64,000 nt of DNA, from contig AP026164.1 in NCBI GenBank assembly GCA_030295235.1, positions 868,001 to 932,000 on the forward strand. The letters are read 5' to 3'. This document shows, one piece after another, positions 59,896 to 64,000 of the stretch. Every line of letters starts with the position of its first letter. Positions within the stretch are counted from its first letter, which is position 1. The DNA comes from Fistulifera solaris (taxonomy: Eukaryota). The notes beneath the pieces were generated by a model. It had not been told where the DNA came from and searched no databases. It saw only the letters and a program-made list of their open reading frames with translations. The position numbers and the translations under genes were made by a program.

Positions 59896-61678
59896 TCATT
59901 TATATTCGTTAGCTCGCTGCTGCACCCATTCGACGAGTAATTTCACGCCGTAGCCAGATGCTTGACTCGTTTTAAAGTTCCACACAGGACCCGCGATATC
60001 GATATGCGCAAATGGCTTGTTGGCGTCGACAAAGTTCTGCAAAAGAGGGCGGCAGAAATGGCCCCTCCGTAGCGCCCACCTAAGTTTTTAATATCGGCTA
60101 CTTTTGAATTAAGATCTTCTTTGTAGTCGTCAACAAGTGGCATTCGCCAGATCTGCTCGCCCGTTGCCTCCGACGCCCTGATAAGTGAATCTGCTAGATC
60201 ATCCGAGTCCACCCAAAGCCCCGCCACGGCTGATCCTAGTGCTACCATGCAGGCACCCGTCAAAGTTGACAGTTCCACAATCTCTTCACATTGTACTTCT
60301 TTATCCGCATACACAAGGGCATCTGCCATTGTAAGGCGACCTTCAGCATCTGTGTTAAGAACTTCGATTGTCTTTCCATTCGATGCCACCAAAACATCGG
60401 AAGGAACACAAGCTCGCTCACTTATCATATTTTCGCAAGCAGCAACAATGAAGTGTACTTCAACGCCTTGTGGCTCCAATTCAGCCAGCGCCAAGGCAGC
60501 ACCAAAGACGGCCGCTGCGCCACCACAATCAAACTTCATCATTTCCATCATGGATGTTTTGATGTTATAGCCACCTGTGTCAAACAATAATCCTTTGCCA
60601 ATAATACCGAGTTTGTGTAGATTGCCTCGTCCCTTACGCGGTCTATATGTCATATGGATGAACTGGGCCTCCGTCTCGCTACCTCGTGCGACCCCAAGAA
60701 AGGCCCCCATCCCCAGCCGTTCACAGTCTGCCGACGAAAGAATTTTACACGACAAGCAGGGGTAGCGATTTGCCAGACGCTCAGCAGTGTCTGCGAGTGT
60801 CAATGAATTGAGTACATTATGTGGTGCATTCACAATGTCGCGGGCCATATAGTTTGCCCGTGCGATCGATGCTCCCCGGTGGAGCGCATCCTCGACAACA
60901 GTTTGAACACTACCGTCATCCATCGTAATAAATTCCACCAGGACAGTACCACTCGCTTCTTTAATCTTTTCTTTCTCTGGGTTGCCTTTGAATCGCATGT
61001 CTTTGTACAGTGTAGTCCAGAATGAAAATGCTACCTCAGTCCACGCACAAGGTTCCAGTTGAAAAGGCATCAGTATCTTGATCGATTTGCCTTTTTGCTC
61101 TTATCTTTTTTCTTAAAGGCGCTTTCCACCAGGTTGGCGGCAGCCGCTCCAAGCAGACGGGCCTGTTTCAGGGCGGCCGTTGCATTCGTGATATTTCCGA
61201 ACTGCATACAATAAAGAGATTGGGGGAACATTATCAAGTCCTTGCGTTGTACGAGGACGGCGCTTGATGACAGAGTAGCAACGGAAGCACTATCTACCTC
61301 AGCTTTCAAGGCAGTAAATGTATCCGACAATGATCGATCGTACACCAATTGCTGTAAACTATCCTGTATTGCCGAAAGCGCGTTTTCGAAGGACGTATTG
61401 CTTAGACCGTCACTTCCTTCGTTACTCAGCAACTCCAGCCAATCAACAGAGGCATTCGTTTCATTCGATTCTGCAGTGATGCCCATCACAATGACATCTG
61501 CATCCATAATTCCTGCATGAAACGGGTTGCTACTAAGGGAAACATGCTTCGGCAGTTCGTTCCATGCCATGTGTCGATTCGGGCGAAGAAAAGTCCATGT
61601 AGGAAAGGCACTTTTGCTGCTCGCAGCAAGCGCACCTGTAGCCAAAAGAAGGCAAAACACACTCTTAACTCTTCTCAT
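59896..61678 (-). CDS. LAP: Leucyl aminopeptidase (M17) with N-terminal signal/presequence
   Basis: IGKGLLFDTGG, MKFDCGGAA, NTDAEGRL, TLTG, IWRMPL and GAISAALF. Frameshifts near 61070 and 60043; corrected end ...HIDIAGP...GYGVKLLVEWV. Confidence 0.92.
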
Positions 61679-62638
61679 GATGTATTACCTGGTTATTATT
61701 GCTTAAGATGTTGTCATTGGATTTTGTTCGAACGATATTAGTCTCTGAGGGTCGAAAGGAAAACCGTGTCCTGTGTCCTGTGTGAGTTGATAATCAGACT
61801 ACAGTATCTGTCACTGTGAAGTCACTGTGAACCTTTTTAATCTCCGAATCACGAGTCTGAAAGAGGGTCCGGTCTGTCCGTGCGTTCTTTGCGACATTTC
61901 ATATGGACACTGCGACAGGAGCAAAAATCGAGTACCGTTCCGAATTACCTTTAGTCTTACCCGTCGTTTTGACAGCACAGGATTTTTTTCGGCCCGTTTC
62001 CTTTCAACTTCATTTGGTTCCATTGACCACCCTTTTGTAAACAATTATCAATATTCCTCACAAAAACATTGAATCCACGATGAAGATTGCAGCTTAGAAC
62101 GAAAATTCGCATGGAAATTCGGTTCACTAAGAGTTTTTCCCCCACAAAGTATTATACTAGGATAGGTTTGTTCGATCCCTACCGTATTTTACACTAAGAT
62201 GAGTTTGTTCGATGCTCGATGACTTCTGGCACCACGAGGCCCAAAGGAGATAGCAATATTTCTGCGTGTGAACACGAGTCATCACGAATCTGGACAACCT
62301 TACGCGGCAACTGTTTTGATGATACAGAGTAAAGCACAGAACGAATACTTCATGCGAAGCGGTGCTGTCGACAAAACAATGTCACCGGAGAAGACCGACA
62401 AGTTTCTATTCACTGCTCTGCAATCTCATTTGGTATTCACCGTATTTATTGACTCGTTCGGATGAAGCACGACTTGCGAAATGCTCAATCTACATCTTGA
62501 TCGTATCTCAGGGCAGCTTTCGACTAAAGAGACACCAGTTCTTATGTCTTCCGGTCCTGCCCCCGTGCGCTGCTCGCAAACATTCTTTGTTGCCAACACC
62601 TGGACGATTCTAGCACATTAAACCCAAAATTAGACAGC

Positions 62639-62813
62639 CCAACTATCGGAAGTTCTAAAGAGATTGGCATCTTTCTTATAGCAGATATAAACTATTCACT
62701 GATCCACATCTCGACCAATAGCCATCATAATTCTAAGAGCTTAGTCCGACTATCAGATGTTCTAAACAATTGCTATCTTCCTTACAACAGACATAAATTC
62801 TACGACTGATCCA
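62639..62813. repeat. Diverged direct repeat, period ~107 bp, downstream of SDC
   Basis: CCAACTATCGGAAGTTCTAAA...CTGATCCA (62639-62706) aligns with CCGACTATCAGATGTTCTAAA...CTGATCCA (62746-62813). Confidence 0.6.
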
Positions 62814-62891
62814 GTTCTCCTAACTCATAAGTAGCATTCCAAACGGCGAGCCGCTTAATAATTCTTCATAAAGTCTTCTGGCAAGACTTGC

Positions 62892-64000
62892 TTACCAAGT
62901 AGCACTCAGTTGCATCAATGGCGAACCCTCGCGTACGGGCTGAATGCGACCATGCTTTTCGGTGACTTGGATGAGTTCATCCACGAACTTATCGATTTTG
63001 CTACGAGTTACGTTGGGCATCACTACCACGTGGCAAATATCTTCTTCACAGGCCAACTGCCATCGCTGGATGAAATCGTTGGACAAAGGTCGCTCCAAAC
63101 AAACAGTGCTACTGAGATCGTTCAGACGGCACGACAGACCCTTCTCTGTCAATTTGTCTCGCAAGTAACGGGCCGTTTGAATGCAGTGCAAAACATCGCG
63201 TTTGATTCCTTCCACGCCCTTCTTGCGCAGACTGTACCACATGTACAAGGCCGCGTGGCCATTTCGGCTACCCATGATGGTAGTATCTACAGAGTTGAGG
63301 TAGTCAATGTGCTGCTCGACGTTTTGAACGTGCTCCTTGCGGCAGAGGGCGATACCGCACGGCATCGGACTACCGAGCATTTTGTGACCGGAGACAGCGA
63401 TACTGTCAATGGGTTTGCGGAAACTGACTTCAGGTGCAAAGTCGATAAAGGGCATCATGAGAGCAAAAGAGCTCCATCGCAATGGATGTAGTATCGCTCA
63501 CGAGGTATTTGCAGTTGCTGCAGCATACGGAGGATGCGATCCAAATTATCTACGGCACCCTTGACAGTCGTTCCAATATTGACATTGATGATCACGGGCT
63601 TGTCCTTGTTTTCAGCAATGGCTTCGGCCAGAATGTCGTAGTTGATTTCGCCCATGGGTAGAGTGGGGATGGACTGGCATTCCATGCGGTAGTATCGGGC
63701 GGCTTTGAAAACGGAGTAGTGTGTTTCTTGACTTGTGTACAAAATGCCGTCAGGGAAACGTTCCCTGGCAAGTAGAATACCGTGGAGGTTGCCTTCGGTA
63801 CCGCTTGTTGTGACGTATCCCCAATAAGCACCAGGCTGCATCTTCCAAAGGCGAGCAAAGAAATCGATGACAGCCACTTCGAACTGGCGACTGTGCACGC
63901 CGTAGTTACTGGGTACAAAAGGATCTCCCAAGTTGTTGATGCTGTATTGCAAGAACTGCATGACTTCACGAAAGTCAAACATCAAGTTATACGGGTATCC
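62892..64000 (-). CDS. SDC: PLP-dependent group II decarboxylase, serine decarboxylase type; 5' end outside the window
   Basis: [61 protein letters not shown] (PLP lysine), TIMGSRNG and WQLAC. Frameshift near 63465. Confidence 0.9.

Noticed and set aside
1200..63500. Frameshifts in most genes, read as programmed frameshifting, RNA editing or mass pseudogenisation
   Set aside because: They hit essential conserved genes (TAF2, DHX37, SGT1, EXO70), mostly at homopolymer runs and without accompanying nonsense decay. This is typical of unpolished long-read consensus; short-read polishing would settle it.

Overview
Gene-dense eukaryotic nuclear DNA, most likely from a diatom or related photosynthetic stramenopile. 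This rests on short GT-AG introns of about 60-115 nt, several signal peptide + A-F/A-W bipartite plastid presequences, and stramenopile-type families. About 29 protein genes can be reconstructed by reading across introns and across many single-base frameshifts, which mostly fall in homopolymer runs and are best explained as long-read assembly errors. Housekeeping genes: EXO70, TAF2, SIL1, DHX37, eRF3, SGT1, U2AF65, a leucyl aminopeptidase, a serine decarboxylase, a phosphate-type mitochondrial carrier, an MFS transporter, a PPR-like protein and DUF4336. Most notable observations: (1) three apparently plastid-targeted proteins share six copies of one extended WW module, one of them fused to a PTC7/PBCP-type PP2C phosphatase; (2) an eEF3-like HEAT protein lacks both ABC domains and lies tail-to-tail with eRF3; (3) a palindromic TACCWGGTA motif occurs 14 times, all outside coding sequence and mostly in divergent promoter gaps; (4) a bacterial-type M23 peptidase sits between duplicated alpha/beta-hydrolases; (5) a three-copy SYLF/Ysc84 array ends in a nonsense pseudogene; (6) a non-LTR retrotransposon relic lies beside a stem-loop that recurs elsewhere in the window. 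All product calls come from motif recognition by eye; no database search was run.
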